Under the pieces are notes generated by a model. The model saw nothing but the letters and a program-made list of their open reading frames with translations. It did not search any database and was not told the DNA's origin. This document shows, piece by piece, positions 1 to 9,697 of a stretch of DNA of 64,000 bases (positions within the stretch are counted from its first letter, which is position 1; each line of letters starts with the position of its first letter). Source of the DNA: an uncultured Chloroflexia bacterium (GTDB lineage Bacteria > Chloroflexota > Limnocylindria > QHBO01). The position numbers and the translations under genes are program-made. Where the stretch lies: contig CAWGTN010000002.1 of assembly GCA_963825525.1 (NCBI GenBank), forward strand, positions 512,001 to 576,000, in the 5' to 3' direction.

Positions 1-825
1 AACGGCCGCGGCTTCGACCTCCCCATGCTCGCCGCCCGACTCACGTTCCACGGGCTGTTCCGCGAGGCGGCATCCATCCCCGAGGCGCACGACGATCTCC
101 TTCCCGATGCGCGCCGACTCTTCCGCCGACCGCTGGGCGGTGCCCGACTCGCCGACGTGGAGGCCGGCGTCCTCGGCGTTCGCCGCGCCTCGGACTGCCC
201 GGGAAGCGAGGTCCCCACCCGCTACTTCGGATATCTGCGTGGAGGCTCGCCGGACATCCTGGCCGAGGTCCTCGACCACAACTTCCAGGACATCGTCAGC
301 CTCGCGCTGCTCGAGGCCGAGCTGTGCCGTCTCCGCGCTGGTGGCTGGCGGGAGGCGATGGTGCTCGACCCGCGGGGCATGGCTCTCGAGCTCCTGCGCG
401 CCGGCGCCGTCGATGACGCTCTCGAGCTCGTCGAATCTGCCCAGGCCGTGGCAACCGACCCGGCCGAGGCCAATGCCCTGCGGCGCGTCGCCTCGCGCCT
501 CCTCATCGCGCTGGGGCACTTCGAGCGCGCGGAGGAGATCTGGCACCTCGGCACGCGGCGAGCTTCCGTCGACGCGGCCGCCGCATGGATCGAGGTCGCA
601 CGAATCAGGGAGCGGCATCGCGGTGACCTGGCCGGTGCGATGGAAGCGACGGCGGCGGCCTCACGCGTGCTAGACATCGCATTTGCCCTGGGTCGCGGCG
701 GGTCCATGATCGAGGTCGGTCGCACGCGGATCTCGGTCGAGCGGCGGCTCCGCCGCCTGCGCAGCTGGGTCGCGGCAGCAGAACGGCGATCGCTGCGCGA
801 GCGTCGACGGTCGGCGGTCGCCTAG
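1..825 (+). CDS. YprB/RNase_H_2 (DnaQ-like exonuclease) domain protein with C-terminal TPR-like helices, 5'-truncated by the window
   Basis: Frame is open from base 1: NGRGFDLPM..HDDLL..ARRLFR..L..VE..LG..R..D.PG..VP..YF..HNFQDI. Confidence 0.75.
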   Translation, partial: NGRGFDLPMLAARLTFHGLFREAASIPEAHDDLLPDARRLFRRPLGGARLADVEAGVLGVRRASDCPGSEVPTRYFGYLRGGSPDILAEVLDHNFQDIVSLALLEAELCRLRAGGWREAMVLDPRGMALELLRAGAVDDALELVESAQAVATDPAEANALRRVASRLLIALGHFERAEEIWHLGTRRASVDAAAAWIEVARIRERHRGDLAGAMEATAAASRVLDIAFALGRGGSMIEVGRTRISVERRLRRLRSWVAAAERRSLRERRRSAVA

Positions 826-1664
826 CGGAGGCGGCTCTCGAACAGGCGGATCACGCCCTCGGAAGCAGCGTGCGCCGCAGCAACAACGCCCGCCCCGCGG
901 GCCAGGTGGATGGCAAAGATGACGCCGAAGGTGTCGCCAGCGCCGACCGTCGGAACGCCCTCGACGATGCGCCGCGGCACGGCGGCCACGATCTGGTCCG
1001 CGGCCGGGTCGTCCAGGAGGTAGCCCTGCACGCCGAGGGTCAGCACGATGACCGGCCGCGTGCCGAGCCGGCGCCGAAGCGCCACTGCCTGCGCGAACGG
1101 GTCATCGGCGGACTCCGACAGGTCCTCGGTCGAGAGGACGACGGCATCGGCCCGCGCGAACGCCGCCCAGAGCGCCGGCGCGACCGCGTGGAGCGGGATC
1201 GGGTCAACGTTCGTCCCGACCTCGAGCCGGCGGAGCCATCCCTGGACCAGCAGGACGCTCAACGCTCCGCCGATGCGGGCGCTCAGCGCCTCGATGGACG
1301 GCGCAGGAAGCTCGTCCGCAATCGGCGCCAGGAGGGCGACCGCGGGCTGCCTGGGCGGCAGCCGCGTCCCGGGATCGATCGGGTCGGTGGTTGCCTCCAG
1401 CTCCAGCACGCGCCGCCCATTCCGCTCTCCGTGCCGGTAGGTGACGGTGCGCGATGCCGCTTGGTGGACGAGCGTCCCGAGCTCCGAGAGGATGCGGAGG
1501 CCATCGCGGGCCTCCGGCTCATTGCCGGAGACGGTGAGAAATGCCGTCTCGGATCCCTCGTCCGCGGCCGCAAGGCCGGAATGGATCACCGATCCGCCAG
1601 GGGCCGTGCTGCCATCGGCAAACCGGTCGATGGTCAGCCCGCCCACGATCAGGGTCTCGGTCAT
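822..1664 (-). CDS. PfkB-family carbohydrate kinase
   Basis: N-terminal GGLTID..PGGS; C-terminal PTVGAGDTF signature. Confidence 0.85.
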   Translation of the reverse strand: MTETLIVGGLTIDRFADGSTAPGGSVIHSGLAAADEGSETAFLTVSGNEPEARDGLRILSELGTLVHQAASRTVTYRHGERNGRRVLELEATTDPIDPGTRLPPRQPAVALLAPIADELPAPSIEALSARIGGALSVLLVQGWLRRLEVGTNVDPIPLHAVAPALWAAFARADAVVLSTEDLSESADDPFAQAVALRRRLGTRPVIVLTLGVQGYLLDDPAADQIVAAVPRRIVEGVPTVGAGDTFGVIFAIHLARGAGVVAAAHAASEGVIRLFESRLR

Positions 1665-1681
1665 CGGTCTATCATCGGAGC

Positions 1682-2002
1682 ATGCGACTCTTCTTCTACG
1701 AGCTCCACGAGGGCGCGACCGATCTGCTGACCGATGCGCTCCTCGTGTCCGAGCGGGACCATACCCCAGCCGAATTCGCAGCGATGGTCGCGGCGTCGCG
1801 CACCGCCATCCTCGACACGTTCGAGGAGGACACGCTGGTCGAGGCCATCGCGCGCGAGCTTGAGCGCAATCACGGCTTCACCTACATCGCCGACGAGAAG
1901 CTGACTGCCAGCATGAGCGTCGGGATGCAGGACGAGGACAACTACCTGGTCGAGCAGAGCGACGAGTTCCGCAGCATCGTCGCGGAGATGGAACGCAGCT
2001 GA
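1682..2002 (+). CDS. Hypothetical acidic protein (MRLFFYELHEG...)
   Basis: Protein-like 3' part of ORF 1541..2002; TATCAT 6 nt before ATG 1682. Confidence 0.75.
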   Translation: MRLFFYELHEGATDLLTDALLVSERDHTPAEFAAMVAASRTAILDTFEEDTLVEAIARELERNHGFTYIADEKLTASMSVGMQDEDNYLVEQSDEFRSIVAEMERS

Positions 2003-2008
2003 CGGCGT

Positions 2009-3103
2009 TCAGCGGGCGACGTTGAACAGGATCTGCAGCACGTCTCCGTCCCGGACCTGGTAGACCTTTCCCTCCTGGCGCAGCAACCCGCGCTTGCGCG
2101 CCTCCGCCATCGTGCCGCAATCGATCAGATCGTCGAAGCCGATGACTTCGGCTCGGATGAATCCGCGGGCCAGGTCCGAGTGAATGGCCGCGGCGGCGTC
2201 CACCGCCGAGGATCCGGTCCGCAGCGTCCAGGCCCGGCACTCGTCTTCCCCGGCCGTGAAGAAGCTGAAGAGACCGAGCAGGGCGTACGTCAGCGAGATG
2301 ACCCGGCCGCGGGACGGCTGCTCGATTCCCAGGTCGTCCATGAAGAGTCGGGCATCGTCGGCCGGAAGCTCGGCGATCTCAGCCTCGATCTTGCCGGCGA
2401 GTGCCGCGACGTCGGTTCGCGGCTGGGCATACCGGGCGCGGCCGGCCTCCTCGAGCGAGCCTGACTCCCCGACCCGGGCCTCGTCGATGTTCAGGACGGC
2501 GAGGACGGGCTTCTGGGTCAGGAATCGGTACCCGCGCAGCAGGAACTCGTCATCGGCGGTCAGGTCCAGTGAGCGGATCGGCTTGCCTTCCGACAGGTGT
2601 GGCAGGATCCGCGACAGGACCTCCTCCTCGCGCTGAGCCTGGTCGCGTTCCGCCTGCGAGCCGTGGCGCCCCTGCGTCTTCAGCTTCTCCAGGCGCTTCT
2701 CGATGACCATGAGGTCCGCCACCGTGAACTCCAGGTCGAGCTCCTCGACATCTCGCCACGGGTCCGGAGCCGCGGGATTGGTCGGGTCGGTGAAGGCACG
2801 TGCCACGTGGAGCAGCGCGTCGGCGTTGCGAATCTGCGCCAGGACGTCGGGGTTGATGGTGCCCTCGCGGGCCGCACCGGCCGGGATGGCGACGTCGACG
2901 TACGTGACGTCGGCGTAGGTCGTCTTCTTCGGGTTGAAGAGGGCGGACAAGCGGTCGACGCGCTCATCGGGAACCTTCACGACGCTGACGTTCGGCGCCG
3001 CCCGACCGCCGGAGAACCCGCCGGTCTCGGCGTGGCCGCCGGTCAGGGCATTGAAGACGGTCGTCTTGCCGCTTCCCGGCAGGCCGACGATGGTGACTTG
3101 CAT
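2009..3103 (-). CDS. ychF: Redox-regulated ATPase YchF (Obg family)
   Basis: GLPGSGKTT, VPDERV, FFTAGEDECRAW, IHSDLARGFIRAEV, Y.V.DGDV. Confidence 0.95.
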   Translation of the reverse strand: MQVTIVGLPGSGKTTVFNALTGGHAETGGFSGGRAAPNVSVVKVPDERVDRLSALFNPKKTTYADVTYVDVAIPAGAAREGTINPDVLAQIRNADALLHVARAFTDPTNPAAPDPWRDVEELDLEFTVADLMVIEKRLEKLKTQGRHGSQAERDQAQREEEVLSRILPHLSEGKPIRSLDLTADDEFLLRGYRFLTQKPVLAVLNIDEARVGESGSLEEAGRARYAQPRTDVAALAGKIEAEIAELPADDARLFMDDLGIEQPSRGRVISLTYALLGLFSFFTAGEDECRAWTLRTGSSAVDAAAAIHSDLARGFIRAEVIGFDDLIDCGTMAEARKRGLLRQEGKVYQVRDGDVLQILFNVAR

Positions 3104-3109
3104 GGAGCG

Positions 3110-4111
3110 TCAGTACCCGGCTTCGAGATCGACGACGTTGCGCATCGGCTCGCCGGACCGGTACGCATGCAGGTTGCTGACGAACAGCTCGACCGTGCGC
3201 TCGGCGACCCGGTCGGATGCCCAGCTGGTGTGCGGGGTGATGATGAGGTTGGGCGTCGAGTAAAACGGCGAGTCAGGGCCAAGCGGCTCCTCGCTGAACA
3301 CGTCGAGTACCGCGCCCCCGATCCAGCCGGATTCGAGCGCCCGCCGCAGCGCGATCTCGTCGATCAGCCGCCCGCGGGCAACGTTGATCAGCCAGGCGTC
3401 CTCGCGCATCAGGGCGAGCTGCTCCGCGCCGATCATCCCGGCCGTCTCTTCGGTGAGCGGCGCGGTGACGACCACGATGTCGCTGGCTGCCAGGACCTCG
3501 TCGAGGCGATCGAGCCCGTGCAGCTCAACGCTCGACGTATCGTCCGCTCCCCGTTCGGGGCGTCGCTTGGTGGCAATGACCCGGCACCCGAATGGCTCGA
3601 GCAGCCTGGCCAGCTCCACGCCGATGCTCCCGTAGCCGATGATGCCGATGGTCAGCTCTGCCAGCTCCCGTCCGCGGAGCGGCTGCCAGGTACGCTCGCG
3701 CTGCAGCTCCATCAGCTGCCGCAGGCGCCTGGCGATGGCCAGTGACATCATCACGACGTATTCGGCGATCGGGCGGCTGAACACGCCGCGCGCGTTGGTG
3801 ACGACCAGGCCGCGCTCACGCACGATGGGCGTGGTCACGCGATCAACTCCGGCAGCCGCCGAATGGATCCAGCGCAGGCGTGGCGATCGGCCCACGACGT
3901 GATCCAGGACCGAGGCCGGGACCGATCCGAGCAGGAGGACCTCCGCCGCGTCGAAGACCGACTCGTCGGCGTCGCCGTGGATGCGTCCGTCGGCCGCAAT
4001 GCGCGCGCATCTGACGCCGTCGACGCCCTCGATCCGCTCGACGAGCTCGCGGGTCAGCGCCGAGCCCAGGATTGGCGTGGCCAGGACCGTGAGAGGTGAC
4101 GAGCCGCTCAG
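3110..4111 (-). CDS. D-2-hydroxyacid dehydrogenase (NAD-binding); probable CTG start
   Basis: WIHSAAAGVD, TNARG, GIIGYGSIG, INVARG, LDVFSEEPL, ITPH. Confidence 0.9.
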   Translation of the reverse strand: MSGSSPLTVLATPILGSALTRELVERIEGVDGVRCARIAADGRIHGDADESVFDAAEVLLLGSVPASVLDHVVGRSPRLRWIHSAAAGVDRVTTPIVRERGLVVTNARGVFSRPIAEYVVMMSLAIARRLRQLMELQRERTWQPLRGRELAELTIGIIGYGSIGVELARLLEPFGCRVIATKRRPERGADDTSSVELHGLDRLDEVLAASDIVVVTAPLTEETAGMIGAEQLALMREDAWLINVARGRLIDEIALRRALESGWIGGAVLDVFSEEPLGPDSPFYSTPNLIITPHTSWASDRVAERTVELFVSNLHAYRSGEPMRNVVDLEAGY

Positions 4112-5259
4112 GACACCGCCTCCACTCGGGAGATCCACAGATCGGGCTGCCGGATCTCGTCGAGCGAGGGCAGAAGCTCCGGGCCGGTCCAGACGCGGCG
4201 CAGGAATTCCTTTCCCCGTTCGGCGATGACGCGATCGGCGAATCGCTCGCCGGCGGCGTACTGCTCCATCTTCAGATCGAGACCCGTGACGCGCATGATC
4301 GCGCGTTCGACCGCACCTCGACGCTCGCCGCGGCGCTCGAATCGGTCGTGGAGCTCGGTGAAACCGGGGAGGATCTGCGAGCCGGCCGCGTTCATGACGT
4401 GGTTCGAGTACCCCTCCAGCAACGACATCAGGGCCTGCGTGCGGTTGAACGTGTCGCGCTGGGTCGGGGTGAGGATTCGCTCGAGCCAATGGCCCTCGCG
4501 CGAGGAGACAGCGTCCCTGACCCGCTCCATGAGGCCGCCGGACTCGGTGGCCAGCTGCTCGACCGTCTCGCCGACCAGGCCGGCAAAGTACGGGCGAAGC
4601 CAGGGGTGAGCCTCGAACTCGAACGCGTGCGTCGCCTCGTGCAGGGCGATGAAGGTTCGGAAGTCGTCGAGCGGAATGCGCATGGCGCGCGCGGTGGCCA
4701 CGATGTTGGGCTCCACGAAGTGCAACCTGCCGCGCGTCGGTCCCGCGGCGAGCAGGCTGACGTCGTACTGGCCCAGGACCTTGCGACCCAGGAAGGCGAG
4801 CATGAAGCCGAGCTGCTGGTTGCCGAGCGTCCGATTCACCCAGCGCGACAGCGCGCGACCAGTCGTGTCCGGTCCGTCCTGCGCCTGGAGCAGGGCATGT
4901 TCGATGCGCTCGAAGAGAACGCGGAAGGTCGCGAGGTTCAGGTCCACCCAGCCGAGACGATCCACCACGGCGGGAATCTCGAGCGCCTCGGGAAGGTCAG
5001 CGCCGATCTCGGCGGCCACGATCGGCTCGATCCGGGCCAGCGTCGCGCGGTAGAACGCCTCCGCCTCGGCTCGCTGCGCGGCAGGAATGGGTGCCGCGGC
5101 CTCGCCGAGCCGCCGATGCGCGATGCGGCGCACGGCCTCCCAGTCGATGAGCCGAGGTCCCGCCCTGCGCATGATCTCGCGCGATGCGACGGATGCCCCC
5201 AGGGCCAGGAGACCGCCGACGAGAATGCCCGCGCCGAGCCGGACCGTGTGTCGTGCCAT
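4108..5259 (-). CDS. Zinc-dependent metalloprotease (Zincin_2 / putative hydrolase family)
   Basis: VLGQYD, ALHEATH (HExxH), MSLLEGY, K..QY..GE.F. Confidence 0.85.
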   Translation of the reverse strand: MARHTVRLGAGILVGGLLALGASVASREIMRRAGPRLIDWEAVRRIAHRRLGEAAAPIPAAQRAEAEAFYRATLARIEPIVAAEIGADLPEALEIPAVVDRLGWVDLNLATFRVLFERIEHALLQAQDGPDTTGRALSRWVNRTLGNQQLGFMLAFLGRKVLGQYDVSLLAAGPTRGRLHFVEPNIVATARAMRIPLDDFRTFIALHEATHAFEFEAHPWLRPYFAGLVGETVEQLATESGGLMERVRDAVSSREGHWLERILTPTQRDTFNRTQALMSLLEGYSNHVMNAAGSQILPGFTELHDRFERRGERRGAVERAIMRVTGLDLKMEQYAAGERFADRVIAERGKEFLRRVWTGPELLPSLDEIRQPDLWISRVEAVS

Positions 5260-5268
5260 GCGGTCAGT

Positions 5269-6117
5269 CTAGGGGAACACGCCCTCGGCCTCGATGCGAA
5301 CGACCTCGATCTCCGGCAGACGCTCACCGAACAGGGGTGAGGCGATCGATCGAAAGCGAGCCGGATCGCCGGTCGTGGCCACCCGGTGACGCGACTCGGC
5401 TCCACGACCCGCCCGACCGCCGACGGCATCCAGGAGGTCCTCGACCGCCAGCGCCGTGGTGAACGCGGAATCAACGACCGCCACATCCGGGCCGACGATG
5501 CGCTCGATCACGGGGCGCAGCAGCGGATAGTGGGTGCAACCCAGCAGCAGGGTGTCGATCCGCGGTCCGGCGGCCATCATCGGCTCCAGGTACGCACGCA
5601 GCACCGACTCCGCGCGGCGACCATCCAGGATGCCGGCCTCCACCATCGGCACGAGCTCCGGGCACGCGAGCTGGCTGACCGTCGTGCCGCTGTCGGCCTC
5701 GACGATCGCGTCGCGGTACGCATTCGACTCCACCGTGCCCGCGGTCGCAATGACGGCAACGTTCGCCGTCCTCGTGGCGGACGCGGCGGCCACCGCACCC
5801 GGCCGCACCACGCCCAGGACCGGGACGGTGGAGCGTTCGCGAACTGCGTCGAGCGCATGCGAGGTCGCGGTGTTGCAGGCCAGCACGATCATCTTCACGT
5901 CCTGGCCGAGCAGCCACTCGGCGGCCTCCAGGGTGAATCGGCGCACCTCGTCGGCATCCCGAGGACCGTACGGCGTGCGCGCGTTGTCTCCGAGATAGAC
6001 GGTGGATTCGGCCGGAAGCCGTCGCTGCAGCTCGGTCAGGACGGTGAGGCCGCCGACACCGGAGTCGAACACGCCGATCGGGCGCGGATCCAGGCGTTCC
6101 CCCGCTGGGTGGCTCAG
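5269..6117 (-). CDS. murI: Glutamate racemase; probable CTG start
   Basis: PIGVFDSGVGGLTV, PYG, ACNTA, LGCTHYP. Confidence 0.95.
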   Translation of the reverse strand: MSHPAGERLDPRPIGVFDSGVGGLTVLTELQRRLPAESTVYLGDNARTPYGPRDADEVRRFTLEAAEWLLGQDVKMIVLACNTATSHALDAVRERSTVPVLGVVRPGAVAAASATRTANVAVIATAGTVESNAYRDAIVEADSGTTVSQLACPELVPMVEAGILDGRRAESVLRAYLEPMMAAGPRIDTLLLGCTHYPLLRPVIERIVGPDVAVVDSAFTTALAVEDLLDAVGGRAGRGAESRHRVATTGDPARFRSIASPLFGERLPEIEVVRIEAEGVFP

Positions 6118-7263
6118 CGCTTCACCAGGCTTGGCGCCCGGTCGCGCAGGTGGGATGCCATCGACTCGGCGATGCGGCGGACGCCCTGGGAGATCGGCGC
6201 CTCGGGGCTCGAGGAGACGAAGGCGATGCCCTCGTTATTCGACTGCAGGACGAGCCGTCCGTCGGAGACGATCTCGAAGTCGATCGGCGAGCCCAGCGCC
6301 TGCTCGACGTCCACCCGGTCGAACCCACCCGACGCATCGGACCGGTTGAGCACCGGTCGCGAGCTTGGACGCCGGGTAGCCGATGGCGGCGAACGTCTCG
6401 GCCGACATGGCGAGACTGCGAATGGCCATCGAGTCATAGGTCAGGACCTGGAGGATCAGGTCCGCGGAGTCCAGGAAGACGAGGACGTCGTCGGAGAGGG
6501 CCGCCCGCGTGTCGATGATGACGAACTCATACAGCTGGCGAAGGAGGGAGAGCACCTTCTCGATGTCACGGGTGGTGACCATCTCCGCCATCTCGACGCG
6601 TGGCGGAGCCAGGAGGATGTCGATCCCCGACGGATCGCGCCATGCGATGTCGGCGATGTCCGATTCCTTGATCCGATCAGTGGGCAGGTTGACGATGCTC
6701 GGCGCCACGGCGGGAACGCGAAGCAGTCCGCGCAGGTCGCTGAACTGGAGCGAGCCGTCCACCAGGCACACGCGGTGCGATTCACCCAGCGCCACGGCCA
6801 GGTTGTAGGCCAGCGTCGTGCGACCCACGCCACCCTTCGGGCTGAACAGGCTGATCACCAGTGACCCGGACCGCTCGGACTCCGATGCCCGGGTCTCCGC
6901 CACCTTGCGCACCATGGTCGTGAGGTCGAAGCCGGTGAACGGCATCTTCAGGACGGCGTCGATGCCGTGACTCCCGTCCTCGCTGACCGGGTTCTGCGGG
7001 ACGGTCAGCATGATGATGCCCACCTGCGGCTCGGTGCGTCGAACCTGCTCCGCTACCTGGTGTCCGCTCACCCGACCCTGCAGCAGGGCATCGACGATGA
7101 CGACGTCAGGTCGCATCTCCGCAATGGCAGCCACGGCACGATCGCCGGCGGTGACCACGTCCAGCATCTTGATCTGCGACTGAGCCTGGAGAAGCGCGCG
7201 CACGTGCGATGCAACCTGCGGCACATCCTCGACGATCAGGAGCCTGATCTGTTCGACTGCCAT
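6114..7263 (-). CDS. Receiver domain + MinD/CpaE-like ATPase; +1 frameshift near 6354
   Basis: Receiver LLIVED..PDVVIVD; FSPKGGVGRTT; C-terminus VLNRSD..NNEG..F..P...IS is in the adjacent frame (ORF 6114..6437). Confidence 0.8.
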
Positions 7264-7266
7264 CCC

Positions 7267-8085
7267 TCACCTTTCGCCCGGATCCGATTCCGCCGGTCGC
7301 GCAACCACGATGCACCGCATGCTGTCCTCGTCGAACGGATCCAGGTCGTGGGACCCGAATACCGCGTCGACCTCCAGCTCCGCCTCGGCAGCGAGGGCAG
7401 CAAGCGCCGTGGATGATGGATACCAGAGCCGAAAGCTGGCCGGCAGCCGCGATATCGTACCATCGGCCTCGATCACGTCCGTGAGCGTGCTGTACATCAC
7501 CCGGAGGCCCTCGGGAACCTCGTTGCGCGTGATCTGGCTGCGCCGGACGAAGCGCCGCCCACCGGATTCGCGCTCCCAATCGAGGCTCAGAGGCAGGTCA
7601 TGCGGTGGAAGGCCGCCCGGTCCCAGCGTATCGATCACGACCGCCGCGCCGGCCATGCACATGCGCCGAGCGACTCCCAGCACCCGCACCGCATCCTCGG
7701 GACCACTCACATGGCCGATGACGCCGGAGAGCACCACCAGCGAGAAGCGGTCCGGTCTCGAGACTCGCCGGACGTCGCCGAGGGCCAGCTCGATCATTCC
7801 CGCATCACGCGCACGTGCCAGGCCCTGATCGCCGGCGACCCGGCTCCGCGCGCGGTCCAGCAGCGCGCGCGACCCATCGATGCCCACCACACGCGTCGCG
7901 CCGCCGGCCACGAACGAGGCAAAGAGCCGGCCCGATCCGCAGCCGAGGTCCATGACCGCGCCCGGGTGGCGGCGAACCATCTCACGGTAGAACGCGAGAT
8001 CCTCGCCGATCTCATCGTGCTCGAGGTCGTAGAGCTCGGCCAGGAGGTCCGCGTCTGCGGGCTGGTCGGCCAGGATGTCGGTCAG
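7267..8085 (-). CDS. Class I SAM-dependent methyltransferase; probable CTG start
   Basis: AELYD..DLAFY (in frame upstream of 7980), VMDLGCGSGR, GID.S..LL, GDVR. Confidence 0.85.
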   Translation of the reverse strand: MTDILADQPADADLLAELYDLEHDEIGEDLAFYREMVRRHPGAVMDLGCGSGRLFASFVAGGATRVVGIDGSRALLDRARSRVAGDQGLARARDAGMIELALGDVRRVSRPDRFSLVVLSGVIGHVSGPEDAVRVLGVARRMCMAGAAVVIDTLGPGGLPPHDLPLSLDWERESGGRRFVRRSQITRNEVPEGLRVMYSTLTDVIEADGTISRLPASFRLWYPSSTALAALAAEAELEVDAVFGSHDLDPFDEDSMRCIVVARPAESDPGER

Positions 8086-9281
8086 GATCGGGCCCTCCGC
8101 CCGCCCCCCTGCCCGCGAAGCTCAACCCATGCCCGCTCGACGAGCTGCGGCTGCTCGATCAGCTCGATGGCAGAGGCAGCCAGCACGCGGATGGCGCGCG
8201 GCAGCATCTCGTCTCCGCCGGTACCCCCGGCGTGCTCCGCGAACTCGTGGGAGTGGCCGGGCGTACCGGCCGGCGCAATCGCCAGGTACGGGTGGATGGT
8301 GGGGACCTCGTGACTCACGTTCGCCATGTCCGTGCTCCCCGCGTTTGGGTCGACCGGGTCGTCCTGGACTCCCGCGTCCGCGAGGTGGCGTCGCCAGATG
8401 CCGAGCAGGGTCGGATTGTTGAGCATGGTTCGGCACCGGTTCATGGGGTCAACGCGCAGCTCGACGGTGCAGCCGCTGGCCTGGGCGGCCGCCTCGGCCA
8501 TGGTGCCGAAGCGTTCGACCATGGCATCCAGATCCTCGTCGATCGGAGTGCGCAGATACCACGCGCCGGTGGTGAGGTCCGGGACGACGTTGGGCGCGGC
8601 ACCGCCGTGGGTGATGATGCCGTGGACTCGCTCACCGGGCCTGAGGTGCTGTCGCCACTGCGCGACCATCGTGTGCAACAGGACGATGGCGTCGAGGGCG
8701 TTCTTCCCCAGCCACGGGTCGGCACTGGCATGGGCCAACGTCCCGTGGAAGGTGACCCCGACCTCGATGACCGCCAGGCACACCGACTCCGAGGCGTTGG
8801 TGTCGGAGGGATGGATCTGGAGGCACACGTCCACGTCGTCGAAGAGGCCGGCCTGGATCAGGTGGACCTTGCCGTTGCCCGCCTCCTCGGCCGGGGTCCC
8901 GATGAACCGAATCTCACCCGAGAAGTCGCGACCGAGCACGTCGGCTGCCGCGATCGCCGCCCCCGCACTCGACGAGCACATGAGGTTGTGGCCGCATCCG
9001 TGGCCGACCTCGGGCAGCGCGTCGTACTCACCGGCGAAGGCGATGACGGGTCCACCCGGCCTGCCCTGCCAGCGAGCCACGAACGCGGTGTCGAGGCCGC
9101 CCGCCGGGCTCGTGACGTCGAACCCCTTCCGGCGCAGCAGCTCAGCGGTCCAGGCCGATGCCTGCTGCTCCTGGAAGGCGATTTCGGGGGTGGCGTGCAC
9201 GCGATGGGAGAGATCCATCGCCTCCGGCATGACCGCGGCGACAGCGGCCGGCAGTCGCCCCATGCTGGTTCCGTCGGACAA
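8082..9281 (-). CDS. M20-family amidohydrolase (AbgB/HmrA-like)
   Basis: H..PE.AFQE, EYDAL, HGCGHN, GTPAEE, GSTDMANVS; GGAGG then TTG at 9281. Confidence 0.9.
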   Translation of the reverse strand: MSDGTSMGRLPAAVAAVMPEAMDLSHRVHATPEIAFQEQQASAWTAELLRRKGFDVTSPAGGLDTAFVARWQGRPGGPVIAFAGEYDALPEVGHGCGHNLMCSSSAGAAIAAADVLGRDFSGEIRFIGTPAEEAGNGKVHLIQAGLFDDVDVCLQIHPSDTNASESVCLAVIEVGVTFHGTLAHASADPWLGKNALDAIVLLHTMVAQWRQHLRPGERVHGIITHGGAAPNVVPDLTTGAWYLRTPIDEDLDAMVERFGTMAEAAAQASGCTVELRVDPMNRCRTMLNNPTLLGIWRRHLADAGVQDDPVDPNAGSTDMANVSHEVPTIHPYLAIAPAGTPGHSHEFAEHAGGTGGDEMLPRAIRVLAASAIELIEQPQLVERAWVELRGQGGGRRARS

Positions 9282-9295
9282 GGCTGACCTCCGCG

Positions 9296-9697
9296 CTACG
9301 GGTCGCGCCGCGCGAGCAGCCACTCGGCGACACCACCCAGGATGATGACAAAAATGGCGATCGGGACACTCAGAGCACCCCCCAGCCGAAGTCCGGCGAG
9401 CGCAGCGGTGATCAGGCCGACCAGCGCTCCCCGCCGGGCCGCCCGCACCCACGCGCCACGATAGACGATGCGGCGACGGGCCATGACCTCGCCGAGGAAG
9501 GCGAACGGAGCCACGAGCAGCGCCAGCGATCCCGACGCGAGGACCACCACGATCGCCCGGTTGCGTCCGGCGTCGGCACATGGCTGCGCGAGTGTCTCGA
9601 CCGCGCACATCCGCGCCGCGAGGGCGACGAGAGTCACGAATCCCAGGATCGCCAACAGGATCAGCGACGCCACGAGGATCCGATCGCGTCCGCTCAC
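9296..9697 (-). CDS. Hypothetical membrane protein (about 4 TM)
   Basis: Hydrophobic segments; GTGA overlap with the upstream helicase. Confidence 0.7.
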   Translation of the reverse strand: MSGRDRILVASLILLAILGFVTLVALAARMCAVETLAQPCADAGRNRAIVVVLASGSLALLVAPFAFLGEVMARRRIVYRGAWVRAARRGALVGLITAALAGLRLGGALSVPIAIFVIILGGVAEWLLARRDP

